Below, piece after piece: positions 23,144-35,320 of a stretch of DNA of 59,759 bases. Both the position numbers and the translations under genes were made by a program. This DNA comes from Catajapyx aquilonaris (Eukaryota): contig KZ538097.1 of NCBI GenBank assembly GCA_000934665.2, positions 124,001 through 183,759 of the forward strand. The letters run 5' to 3'. The first letter of the stretch is position 1; each line of letters begins with the position of its first letter. The notes beneath the pieces were generated by a model. It worked only from the letters and a program-made list of their open reading frames with translations. It was not told the DNA's origin and did not search any database.

Positions 23144-23335
23144 CAGTGGCGGATTTAGGGAGGGGGAACTCGCAAAAACCCTCTAGAACAGTGCAACCTT
23201 CCTTTCTTCTTTTCCATTTTCGGTCACGACCCCTGCAGCGGGCCCTGATAACCCCCCCCCNNNNNNNNNNNNNNNNNNNNNNNNNNNNNNNNNNNNNCCC
23301 CCCCCCCCCAGAAAAAATTTCTTGATCCGCCACTG
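23144..23335. mobile_element. hAT-like MITE inserted in SINE C
   Basis: cagtggcggat ... atccgccactg with 8-bp TSD tccgtgct/ttcgtgct. Confidence 0.7.
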
Positions 23336-25187
23336 TTCGTGCTATGTACCTCCGATGTCGCTCATAATGTGTAATAGTAAGGACAGGTGCATGTTTACAA
23401 TAAACCTATTCATGTCCTGGTGTTATGTATCCTCATATTGCATTATTCCCCTGACCAACAACAAAAGAAAGCAGGAAAATTGCTTTTAGTGTAATCATTG
23501 TGCAATGTAGTCTTAAACAGAATCCTTTAGCAGATAGCCTACTAATCACATTATCCATGCCTCTGCGATAGACCTATCCCTCTCATTTAGAAGCAGCATG
23601 CCTCTACTTGTTGTCTTATAATCTCCCTGGAAACAACTGATGGAGATTTTTACGGAAGAACTCTAACCCAATAATATAACTACCATTTGTAAATTCTTTA
23701 TTATTATTATTAATAGGGGGAGAGTTTCTCCAGTTAGAATGTTGCATTTATGGTATAATTCACAGTAATTTGTCTCTCTAAAAAAAGATGTACCCTTTAT
23801 TAAATCTGAAATAATTAATATTAAGTATGAAATTTGGGGTTTGATAAGCAATTTGCAGCACATTAACACTGGATAACTTGTCATTCACTATTAGGCTAGT
23901 CAGAAACCTGTCAGGTCATATTCAGTGTTATACAACAGTGAATTCAATAAAAAGCTAGTCACTTAAGTCTCTCAGTAGAGCAGATTACACCAAATGGAGA
24001 ATATGGAGCTCCTGATGGCTCCATCATGCCCACCATCCTGTCCCCCAGGGTGAGCTGCTGCTACTTCTGCCTTTCTCCAACCTCCAGGGCAGGAAGAATG
24101 CTAAAATAATAATGAACAGTTAATAATAATAATAATAATAATGATGATAATGATAATCGGTGTAGCTGTCCTTATATGTAGAGAAAGGAAAAGGAGCCTC
24201 CAGGCTGCAGTTGATGCTCCTGGAAACACAGGAGAATTTTGTATCCCAAAGGAGGCAGTTATTGGGGTAAGGAGAGTGAGAGTAACGAAGCATGTTGTAC
24301 TACTTGGCAAGGGCCCAAAGGATGGAATCAAGTTAGCTCTACATGGCCACATCAGCATGGGAAAATGGTCCTCCCTTCCACCCCTCCCTGCTGGCACTTG
24401 CATGGCTTTTCAGAATTTTGGGCATATAAACCCACCCAGGCAATGAATGTATTAATAAGTATCAGCCCTATACCTTGGGAAGTTGGAGAACAGACAAACA
24501 TATAACCACATGGCTTGTAAAACAGAGGACGGGAAGTAGATTTTAATTCAGTAGTAAATGATGTGTTCTCTAAACATCCATCTTAACATAATTATCACCA
24601 TGTGAGGGAGCTGCTCTGAATATTTTGAGAAAGTGGTCGTCTTTTTCCATTGAATCATTCCAATGATAAAGTCATGCAGGCGTTGGAATTATGAAACAAC
24701 CAGATAAATTAGAATTATGATCGGGTACCATATATTATCCAGAGTTGGTTTTCCCTTTTTGGAATGTGAGGAGACACTGTTGTGCACATATTAAATTAAT
24801 ATAATTGTTTTTTCGCACCTTCAGAAATATACCCTGAAATTATATTGTGTTGAAGATATGAGGGTCAAAGTTACAAAATCTTTCTAAGATGTTTGAGATA
24901 ATTGAAATATTTTTAAATGAATAGAGATTGCATCACGTGCTATACCCCCCTTCCCCTCTTATTTATAATTTGCCTTCACAAGCCAAATTCCCCCTCTTCC
25001 TTGATGGATGATGTCATACATGGCTTACCCATTTCTAGGTCATTTGTTCATTAGCACCTTTTCAATACCTTTGCATTATTAGCATGTTTTGCAAGTAAGA
25101 ACCTTACTAATGCCATTTGGCAGATTATACAATAGAAAGCCAGTTTGGTCTGCATTGAATATTTACTATTTTATTATTTCCTTTCAG

Positions 25188-25288
25188 TTTCCTTGCACTC
25201 ATCCGATCAAGTGCGGGACATTGGGTCATTCCCGTATACGATACAAGACTTTGGCTACTGGCGATTTTGAGGGGAACCTCCAAATCTG
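25188..25288 (+). CDS. WDR92: WDR92/DNAAF10 WD40 protein, first identifiable coding exon
   Basis: tttcag acceptor. FPCTHPIKCGTLGHSRIRYKTLATGDFEGNLQIW resembles WDR92 PIKCGTFG...LATGDFGGNLHIW. Donor tg|gt. Confidence 0.88.
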
Positions 25289-25404
25289 GTGCAGTATATT
25301 ATTATTTTATGGCAAAATTTTGCAAAATTATAGTAATGGCATTTATAATAACTGAGGGCTTTAGGAAATATGTTAGCTTACATTTGTGTTGCATCATTTA
25401 CAAG

Positions 25405-25535
25405 GGATCTCGATCACATGTCGCCGTGCATCTACTCCGTTCAAGCTCATAATTCGATAGTGAACGCCATTGATGGCATTGGTGGATGTGATGTTGGCAT
25501 GGGACCCCCTGAACTTGTCACAGGTGGCCGAGATG
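25405..25535 (+). CDS. WDR92: WDR92 exon
   Basis: DLDHMSPCIYSVQAHNSIVNAIDGIGGCDVGMGPPELVTGGRD, donor g|gtgag, phases consistent with neighbours. Confidence 0.92.
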
Positions 25536-25623
25536 GTGAGGACATGGTTTTGCAACCTTATTAGTGCTTGAGCAGTGTAATAGCCAACCGCATGAATCAT
25601 TTCTGGGCCTTGTATATTTGCAG

Positions 25624-25725
25624 GATCCGTTAAGGTGTGGGATATTCGCCAAAGGGGTACTCCTGTTGCTATCATGCAGCCAAGGGAGGGTGAAGGAAAT
25701 AGGGAATGCTGGTGTGTTTGCTTCG
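25624..25725 (+). CDS. WDR92: WDR92 exon
   Basis: ttgcag acceptor, [33 protein letters not shown], donor g|gtaag. Confidence 0.92.
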
Positions 25726-26069
25726 GTAAGTTTATGTGATTTGTTATTGTTATTCCAGTTCTAGTGGATATGGGTTTTTAAAATCATCATTTCTTATAAG
25801 CTCATATGGTCAATTTTCTGTGTAAGTGAGCACTATTACCTTGTATAGTGTATATGCTAGCCAGTGATTACTCAGCCCAAATCAATCAATCAATCAAATT
25901 TTGTACATTTAACATGGATTGTGAAGAGGACTTGCCAGTAGGTTAAATGCAATATATTGTTGATACCTGTAAGCAGTGTAAGGGTTGATTGCAGGGGGAA
26001 GGGGAGTATTACAATCTTGGGCAGTCATTTAACAATTTGTTAACCACTTATGTACAGTACCGGTATGGT

Positions 26070-26298
26070 ACCAAAGCAGGTTGGCATAGTGGATAAGGCG
26101 TCCGACTGCTAATCAGGAGGTCCTGGGTTCGAATCCCGGGGCCGGCAACCTTGACTGTGGTTTTCTGTGGTTTTCCACGGTCTTTCTAGGATAATTCCGG
26201 GGTCGCTTCCGTATAATAGGCCACAGCCGCTTCCTTCCTTCCCTATCCTTGGAGGTTGAATGGCAAATGCTGGGCCAACCTCCTTAAATATCAATTAA
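26070..26298 (+). mobile_element. tRNA-derived SINE, family A with a different 3' tail
   Basis: Same head and body as the 7695 and 22541 copies. TSD agtaccggtatggt/agtaccggtacggt. Confidence 0.8.
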
Positions 26299-26929
26299 AG
26301 TACCGGTACGGTTCATAAAGAATAGTACAACTCTATGGACGAAATGTTTATTCTGTTCCCAACCTCTGGGTCGCCAGCATGTTTTTAATGGTTGTGGGGA
26401 AGGCTGGGAAAAGGGAATGGAAATAAAGACAAAAATGAAAGAAAAAAACAAGGCAAAGTAGGAAAATTTTAGGGGGAAAATTCATCTCAAATCTACGTAA
26501 ACATTGTACCTGGTTGAACAATTTGGTAATAAAAATGTTTGGAAAAAAATCTGCACGTGGGGGAGGTGTCATGCAGGTCGCCTGAGGTCGAGGAAAGGTT
26601 GTCCATAGGGTTGCGATGAAATAAGTTTGGGAACACTGCTGGCCAGTCAGGTTAAACATGTTGCCTATAGAGTCAAACCAATCAGCAGGACTGTACCCAG
26701 CTGAAATAATTATTGTGGAGTGTTCTGAGGTCAGCTGGGGACATGTTGGCAATACTGGTATATTGTATAGATATAGAAAGGTGCTTCTGCCTGTTTGATC
26801 AGAGATCAAAACAAGCCTGTTTGCCTGTTTGAATCAGAGAGGTGTATAGTGATGGTAGTCAAATAGGTCCATATGGCTACATAGTGAACAAGTCTGGTCT
26901 GGATAAATAGTAATTATATTGGTGTTTGA

Positions 26930-27680
26930 GGCTGGTTAACATTCTGGTATGATAGAATGGTAGATGTTTAGAAAATTATTCAATGGGAAAATACTGGAAC
27001 TTTTCATAAAAGCCTACTTGTGCTTTACAATATGAAGATGTTGTGACAGCCTGGTAGTCCTTTGCTATTTCAATATCATACATGGTTTGGGCCAGCCCCC
27101 GGACACTTATACTACATTCTGAGCTTATCGCCTGCCGAGGAGTTTTGCAGAGGGTGCTCACCTGAGAGCACCATGAGACATTTCCCAGAGCAATTATGTG
27201 GCGACCCTACCGGACTAGGCTGAACTTTATAGGTACAAAAGGGAAGCGCTACATTGGGGGACCCAACATGGGCGCCGGCGGCCATGTTGGGCCCACATGT
27301 ACCACTTCCCTTTTGTACCCATAAAGTTCAGCCTAGTCCGGTCTCATGGTGCTCTCAGGTGAGCACCCGCTGCAAAACTCCTTGGCAGGGGGTGGGTGGG
27401 AGTGACCTAACCTGAGTCTTCTAAAACCATGGTTTGGGCTAACTCCTTTAATTTTTTTGTCCAAAATTCGTCTATCAGTGGGACATTTTCACGTGAACAA
27501 CCACAGTGAGATAGAACTGAGGCGAGTTGGGCTGTCCAGTTATGTTTTATATTTGGGTATTGGTGCTTTAGGAGTGCTCGCAAGGTTGTATTCAGCAGCG
27601 TCTCATTCCCCATTTTACTTATCCGATACAGATATTTAAGCAAATGTGTATTCACTTCAGCAGTATGTATACTCAATTGG
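26930..27680 (-). mobile_element. Decayed LINE ORF2 C-terminal remnant (clade uncertain), interrupted by an insertion
   Basis: LLKYLYRISKMGNETLL...HNWTAQLASVLSHCG...FW...LAQTM|YDIEIAKDYQAVTTSS resembles the post-RT region of non-LTR elements. Confidence 0.5.
27131..27389. repeat. Long hairpin (palindromic MITE-like)
   Basis: cctgccgaggagttttgcag...ctgcaaaactccttggcagg, with a 30-nt bulge in the left arm. Confidence 0.8.
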
Positions 27681-28371
27681 AATAATATGTAAGCGAGTGG
27701 ATTATGATAGCTAGTTTAAGAAGAGGATGGCTCCTTTCCAGATGCAAGTTGTTTGCTGACCTGGATCCTGTGGCTAGTAGTTTTTTTTTGTGAAAGAAGA
27801 TTGATCAAATGATGCACTCAAAAGTGCAAACTGTTTTTGTTGCATATGATTAGGCTCACAGTAAGTGTAGCACCTGACTTTATGTAGTTATCCCTTTATT
27901 GGGAGCTTAGATATTACCCTTTGGCAACAAGAATGGCAGTTAGATAGCCTCAATAATCAGTCAGAGAGCAAGAAGATAAACTTGCAAGGTAAAAAGTTTA
28001 AATGAAAATCTGAAATAAGACAAAAAAAACACAAATATTAACAGCAAGTCAATATATTGACTGGTTCAACAGTTTGTTAACAACTTCTTGAACAAATTCC
28101 ACTGGTGTGGTATTGAGAAGCTTCCATGAGACAAAATGTTAGAGAGGTAACCAATAAAGGTATGCCCTTCAGTGACATTTCTGAAGCATTATGATTCTAA
28201 TGATCCAATGTGTCATCTAGTGTATCTTTCTGCCACATGTTCTGCCATTTGTAACACCAAAAATTATAATTTTGACCCCAAATTTGTTGCTATGCTTAGT
28301 ATTGTAGTAATGCAAATGAACAGTGTAATTGATATCAGCTGAATGATTTCTCTGAAAATTTTCTTTACCAG

Positions 28372-28487
28372 GGAACTCATACCATGCCGATGAACGTGTT
28401 GTTGCTGCCGGATATGACAATGGGGATATCAAGATGTTTTGTCTCCGGCGCATGAGCATCATATGGGAGACAAACATCAAGAATGGG
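28372..28487 (+). CDS. WDR92: WDR92 exon
   Basis: [38 protein letters not shown], donor gtgag. Confidence 0.94.
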
Positions 28488-28563
28488 GTGAGTTCGCTGT
28501 CACATATGGTACCAGGGTGAATTAACAAATGTAAGATTGATTGTAATCTTATGTGGGCTTCAG

Positions 28564-28811
28564 GTTTGCTGCCTAGAGTTCGATCGGCGTGATACCTTCA
28601 TGAACAAGCTCCTGGCAACCACCCTAGAGAACACACTATATGTGTTCGATGTGTGCACCCAACACCCTGTGAAGGGGTTTGCATTTGCAAAAGGAGCAGC
28701 TGTCCAGACAAACCAGCATAACACTACCATTTGGCAGGGACGCCACCTTCCACAGGACAGGGACATGTTTGCCACCACTGGGGGATCTGGATCCCTGTGT
28801 CTATGGAAATA
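28564..28811 (+). CDS. WDR92: WDR92 exon
   Basis: [22 protein letters not shown]...TQHPVKGFA...[23 protein letters not shown], phase-2 donor ta|gttaag. Confidence 0.94.
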
Positions 28812-31383
28812 GTTAAGTGATATGAAAATCGTTCAGTAGTTAAGAGGTTACGATCAGTTTATGCCTTTGATTTGTGCCAAAAAAGTAGATCCAATGAGTT
28901 TCACAATGAGTCATTGGTGATATGTACGAGTATTTCAAAATGTTGCTACTTGCTATACTGGTACCTCTTCCGACCCAGTTGCCATATGGGCAGATGACTC
29001 ACTGGTATGTGGGATAGAAGAAGGTAATGTCTTGGACTGCACAGTTTATTCAAGTATACTCCCAAGACCATTGAGACACCTGCATCACTGCTGGGCCAAC
29101 TGTCTGATGCATCTACCATATAATTACCACTGTAACCAACAGAGAATGTCTCTGACAGTACTGCCAGGGGCAGATGTATTAGACATTTTTTGGTCTAGCA
29201 GTGGAGGTGTCTCAATGGTCACAATGGTACACTTGAATAAATTCTGTTCTCTGAGTCACTGGTGCCTTGGTTGGTTGGTCGGTTTGGAAGAGTTACCCAG
29301 CTTGTATGGCTCTGTCTGAGTCGAGCCTTGGCAGCCGGGGGTAGGAGAGGAAGGTGTGGGATTGCAAGGTAGGGGTGGGTGAGAAGGGTGGGGGAGAGGA
29401 GGGCTGGACCCGGCTGTACTGCAACCCAGTCATTGGTGCCTCCTATTTTAATGTTTTAAATACTGCTTCCATCTGTCCAATCCCTGTGAATACACAGTGA
29501 AACCTGCCTATAATGGACATTGGATACAGTGGAAACTTGTCCATTATAGTAATTTTGTTTGGTATTGGCGCAGAATTTCAAGTGTATTCTAAATAAGAGA
29601 CCTTATTCGACCAGGAAATCGCGCATTGTATTGTACCTGACATGGGCCTGGCTTGCTCTCAATGGGCCTATTTACACAGCAATTTGCAACAGTTGTGTTA
29701 GGGTCATTGAACTGTAGAGATACAAGTGCACAAGGCCAGTTACAAGGACATTTCATGAACCTCTCGGCTCCTGCCAGAAAGAATTTGTGCTTGTATGGAA
29801 ACTGGAAGTTAATTGATGCGCTCAGAGGAAGAATGGCATATCCCAGCCGACCTTCAATTTTGAGTTTGTAGTGCTGTTGTACTCTCCTTCCATCTACCTT
29901 TCATGTGCTGAGGTATGTCAAAGCTCACATATTCCACTTGTAAAATTTGTCCATAGCTTTAGTTGCATGGTAAAGCAAAACACAAAAAGCCACTTTTCTC
30001 AAAACGAACTTCGTTTGGGATATGCTCGTTGGGATATGTTGTGAAACAAGTCTATCTGTAGTGAGGAACTGAGGATTCTGTTACAGCTGTAACCATGATT
30101 ATCTGACCTCTGATATCCGACTCCTCGGCTTAACCGACCCTCCCTCTCCCACGCTCCCGTATATGGAACTCCTTACTACTACACCTATGGACATTTTGTG
30201 GCTAAAGAAGACTTAGCGGTGAAGGCTAAAATGTTGTCATTAAAACAGAAAAATGATAGCCTATAACACTCTTTCGCCAGTAATAAATCTGTTTTCTTAT
30301 CATACACTGTACTGTACTATGTATATATTTTGTTGTGTGTTGCCTTAATTAAATTGCAAATATAGTACAGTTGACTGTATATATGTAAAAGATAAACACG
30401 TCACTGTTTCTTGGAAAACCAGAATACTGTATTACGCCCAGTCCTGTGGGTGACAGATAATCAGGGTTATACTGGATTTAGTTTCAACTAGAGGACCATT
30501 TAATATAATATTGTATACACAGTCATTATGAAAAGCTGCATCTGCAAGGGTTACTAAGGGAAGGACAATCAGAAAGTAGTATTTTCCAGGCACTTGGGCA
30601 ACAGGGCAAGTGATTTCAATGTCTTTGTTGGCAGAAGGGGGGAGGGTCATATTTCACCCTACTGTTCCTATAGTAGATCAGGGGAACAACATCCATCTTA
30701 TTTTTGAACCAAAATTGCCACAATTTTTCTGTGCACATTAATAACCCAAAATTGGTGTCAAATTAAATTGTTACATATGACAGCCTTTCTTAGCTTTATG
30801 TAAACCTACAAGCATAAAGTACGTATGCCTTGATAGCTGATATCTTTCAGGGTGACATCACCATTGACACTACAGGGGTTATATAACTTTCATGAGGAAA
30901 TGTGATTTTTTTTCCTCTTGAGCACGAATGGAGAATTCACAGAATTGATGCGTAAGATATTGCATTTGCACTTTCCTTGCTTGTGGATCTGAGAATTACA
31001 TAAAAGGTTCCAAAATGCAATACAAAATAATAAAGATCTGCATTACTCCAGATTAAATTTGTGGAGTAAATGATTATGATCAGATTGTGAGAATGACATG
31101 AAAATCAGCGGGGTGGATGTTATCAATAGGCTATACTTAATATGGTATCTTTGATAAGTTAGTAATGTCACTGCCATGTATTATTTTGACACCTACTGTA
31201 TGCAACTGGTGTGCAACTGGAAAGAATGCAAAATATTACTTAAGACCAATCAATTCCCATATTGGGACGGTAGGCAATTGAGCACTATCTGTTATCACTG
31301 CCCACTCGGGCCATAGCAGCATTAATATTTTTTGCCTTTGAGCATCTGCATGCATCATCAATGGTAAAAATTTATGGAAACAT

Positions 31384-31493
31384 TGGGTGGGATTTTCGTC
31401 CCACTGGTAGCTACTGCTAACTTAGCAGTACCAGTGTTGGCCATGGCTCTGATAAGTTAGCAGCAACTATCAGTGGGACGAAAATGCCACCCA
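31384..31493. mobile_element. Small hairpin MITE
   Basis: tgggtgggattttcgtcccactg / cagtgggacgaaaatgccaccca. A related copy lies at about 47668-47773. Confidence 0.7.
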
Positions 31494-31602
31494 TTATGTT
31501 TTGACATCTTGGGAGGAACACCTATTAACAAATTGTTCTACTGAGCCTACCATAGCATTTGCAATGTATATCTAAACATTATCACTATTCTGCTCTCTAC
31601 AG

Positions 31603-31810
31603 CAAGTATCCACCCCGCCGCACCATCAAGGACCTAGACGGCATGGACGAAGGAGTTATTGGTCAGCTGAACTTCATCCAGTCTTCCGAAGTGTCCACAA
31701 TGCCCATCACTGCATACCAGTGGAATAGGGACCAACAGGGACTTGCAGCCTGCACTGCTTTCGATAACAAGTTACGTTTTTTGTACACTACCCGGCTCAG
31801 TCTTGTGTAG
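31603..31810 (+). CDS. WDR92: WDR92 terminal exon
   Basis: ctacag acceptor, then KYPPRRTIKDLDGMDEGVIGQL...STMPITAYQWNRDQQGLAACTAFDNKLRFLYTTRLSLV*. Confidence 0.92.
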
Positions 31811-31890
31811 CTCACCACAAAAAAAAAGTTTTGTAAGCTCGCCACAAAAAAAAAAGTTTTCTAAGCTCGCCACAAAAAAAAAAAGTTTTT
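31807..31890 (+). repeat. Tandem repeat, 3 copies of about 28 bp, starting at the WDR92 stop codon
   Basis: Unit is agctc(a/g)ccac-A9-11-gtttt(g/c)ta. Confidence 0.85.
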
Positions 31891-32453
31891 GCAGCAAGGG
31901 TGCCTGCCTTTCCAAAGCTGCTTGTTAGCAGCGAGCAATATATATATGTATTTATGGGTGCTATTTATTTTGTTCTTCAAATGACTAAATTTTTAAAGTA
32001 AGAGTTTCTGGTTTTCTTCCACCTGGATTTATTGCAATAATTTACAAACAAGTTTTTATTTTTTTTGTTCATATGTATAGAGATTGGGAACATTGGATCA
32101 GGGAGAATTATGTAACAAATATTTTTTCCCCTTGCTTATTTACATTGGGTAGATTTTGCTTCTGTTGTAATCGTTCAAGTGTGGAGAGGATTCGCATTCA
32201 ACATAGTCCACTAATGACACTCAGGTGAAAATGCGACTAAATCACAGTCCAAAAAACACCTGTCCTTTGAAAAACAGAGGACCAAATAACAGTACAAAAT
32301 GAGGGCAGAAAATTATTGTCAATGTAAACAAACTTCTTAACCTATCCTCTCCCAGTACAAAAAGAAAGAACCAAAACGGTTTTGCTTGTACACATGCACT
32401 TTGCCACTTGCACACACAGTTTTTCTTTAGCCTTGCTGCATGTTTTGATAGAG

Positions 32454-32669
32454 TCAGTCGACGTGTAGCTTGGATGGGTCAGTGCATCGGGCGGTGACAA
32501 TGTAAAAGACGGCAGGCAGTGGTACCAAGGCCAGCAGGGGCACGTGAAGACCAGGGTCATGCATCTGGGTCACACTTATTATTCCATACGCATGGAGCAG
32601 CCAGTGGCCCACCAGGATGCAGGCATTGCGTACATCTGTTAGAGTTGTCCCCACCAGAGAGCTCACCGA
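32454..32669 (-). CDS. JKAMP: JKAMP (JNK1/MAPK8-associated membrane protein) terminal exon
   Basis: ttacag acceptor, then SVSSLVGTTLTDVRNACILVGHWLLHAYGIISVTQ...LLALVPLPAVFYIVTARCTDPSKLHVD*. Confidence 0.93.
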   Translation of the reverse strand, partial: SVSSLVGTTLTDVRNACILVGHWLLHAYGIISVTQMHDPGLHVPLLALVPLPAVFYIVTARCTDPSKLHVD

Positions 32670-33550
32670 CTGTAATTAATAGCAACGGAAAATTATTGGA
32701 CAAGAACTTAAAATGGGACAGGTCTGCTTATTCACATGTTAAGTCTCACAGAAGAACCTAGTCCTTTTGCAATGAGACACTATTCCAATTTATTATTTTC
32801 TGGCAATGGAAAGTCATGAATGACATTATTGAGTTACTTCATAAAATCTATTGCATTTCTAGCTCTTATCACATACTGCACATCCACCTAAGTTTTGCTG
32901 CAGAACCCTACACAGATCTGCGTTATGGGCCTTTCCACACACCCCCCTTCATAAATAAATTTCCAATGAATCTGAAGCCCCATATGATGAAATGTCTCAT
33001 CTTTTTTACCGCAATACTACAACACAGAATGTTGCAGTTGGTGACATTCGTTTAAAAAAAAGTACCTCTAGAGGGTGTTTAAATGGTAATTGTTCAACTG
33101 AAAGGATATTATACAATTATCTTTGCCGAGAGAAATTTAAAATGCTGAGTGATAATATGCTTTTGAGGGCATATGAGAAAAGCATGTGAAACGTCATATT
33201 CATTACTTTTCATTGTCATAAACTTCATTTAGGTCGGTTTGCACTGTCATATTTGGGTTTTGCTAAAAACCCTAAGTTTAACACTTATGAATTGCTGGGC
33301 AACAATGAATAACAATGGTTTTGAGCAAAACCTACAATTGCACAACCTGGCCTTACATCACGAATAAAAAGTTTTACATGCCTTTTTCTCACAAGGATTT
33401 TCACCATGTGTCAGTCTCTGATTTTCTTCAATTTAGTGAGGAGGTAGTAGTCTACTCTGAACAATGTAGTACCTTTTTTTTTTTTTTGCCAGAAACTGTA
33501 TTTTTAAAAGAGGGCAAGGGTTGGATTTGAAAATTTTGACCTCCATAATA

Positions 33551-33928
33551 CAGGGTGTTTCTCACTAGTATCGCCAACAGCCATCAGCATATTCCTTGGG
33601 CTAAAGCAAGTCAAAAATGTAGGGGGGACAAATGTCGAGGGACCAACCGTTAACGAGATCAACGACCAGAAACATTGGCCAGTGGTTGCTTAGGGAGCAG
33701 AATACAATCGTGATAATCGTGATTGTTGGATTTGTGAGATCACCTCTTTTATGGAAGTGATTATATATCACTGCTCACATCCTGCTCCTTAGGCAACCAC
33801 TGGCCAATGTTTCTGGTTATCTACCTCGTTAACGGTTGGTCCCTGGACATTTCTCCCCCTACATAGACTTGTTTTGGTCGAAGGAATAGCTGACGGCTGT
33901 TGGCCACACTATAGTATGAAACACCCTG
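33551..33928. mobile_element. Tc1/mariner-type MITE
   Basis: TA|cagggtgttt ... aaacaccctg|TA with long imperfect arms. Confidence 0.8.
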
Positions 33929-35320
33929 TATATGTTTAATATGAGTGTTATGACATTTTACACTCATGTCTAGTACAAATTTTGTACTCAAGTTTGCTTT
34001 CCTTCTACATGCGGTGTGCATAGACATGAATTTTCTCCTGCCTTGCATTGAAGCTTTGGTGAGGCAACTAAACCAGCTCTATGGTTCTATCCTGTTGCTG
34101 AACATGTGCCAAAAGTTCACCTTCACCTCTCTGACCCCTATCCACCATAACATCCAACCATGAAATCCCACTGCATTACATTTACATGTTATTAGCAGAA
34201 GCAGGGGACAAGTGTGAATAAATGGATGGTACATTAATGAAATATCCTGCATGCATCGAACTACTGAAATAGAGCATAGTGAAATATTGTGAAAAGAAAA
34301 CTGGAAATGATGTAAAAGTGTCAAATATTGTAGCACCTCCAATAATTACTGCACATTGCTTTTGCTTCAGCCAAATTCTAATTGCATTCATATTGTACTG
34401 AAGTACTACATCACTCAAGAAGATGGGGACGATTTTGCATTGAAACCAAATTCACAATTGTCTCCATATTTTGGAACAATATAGTACATGCCACTGTTGA
34501 TGAACTCAGAATATATTTCCTTTTTATTGCATGATTTGTGCAATCCAAGAGCAGTGAACATCAACATACCAATGAATTTCAGAGTTTCTATAAAATGAGG
34601 ATTATCATGATTTGGTAACCAGCAATGTCCTGACAAAAAACACTAGCTAAGAGAAACCAAATTCTGTACAAAATTGGTATATTTGATGGGTGCAAAGTGG
34701 CATGAAACTCACTTGAAACAATTTTTGAAGGTGAAAATCTAAAAACCGGATTACTCCCCCCCTGTTTTAAAACTTACACACAGCATCTGGCAAAAATAGC
34801 TTTCATCTATTTATTGTTTAAAGTGGACTACTTACCAAGTTTGAACAAAATTGGAGACTTACCCATAGTTTTCAAATAGGGTGGTCTGGACCACATAATA
34901 TTATTGTCACTACATTTTCACTCTTCTTCTCTGAGAATCACAAATTATAATTAGGGTCATGCAACTATGAAACATCCATGCATGCTTTCATCAACCCAAG
35001 CTATTCATGTACTATCAGAATTTTTACATATTTCATATCTTAAACAATGTTTCCTGAAAGTCTGCTCACATCTGTATCAATAAGTAATTATTTTGAATAG
35101 TGTGACAAGTTATTTACAGAGCTGCCAAAGGTCAATAAGATCAATAAAACAATGTAAAGTATAAAAAGTCATTCTGGTAACACTAATAACCAAAAAGCAG
35201 AAAGGGAATGATAAAATGTCTGAAATACATCTGTTCTTGAAAAGAAAGTGCAATCACATAGTGTGAACCATTGCTATTCCCTATTAGCCCTAGCACTTGA
35301 AGCATGTTATGATACTGTAC

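Noticed and set aside
31807..31890. CRISPR-like direct repeats
   Set aside because: No unique spacers, eukaryotic context and no cas genes. It is a simple tandem repeat.
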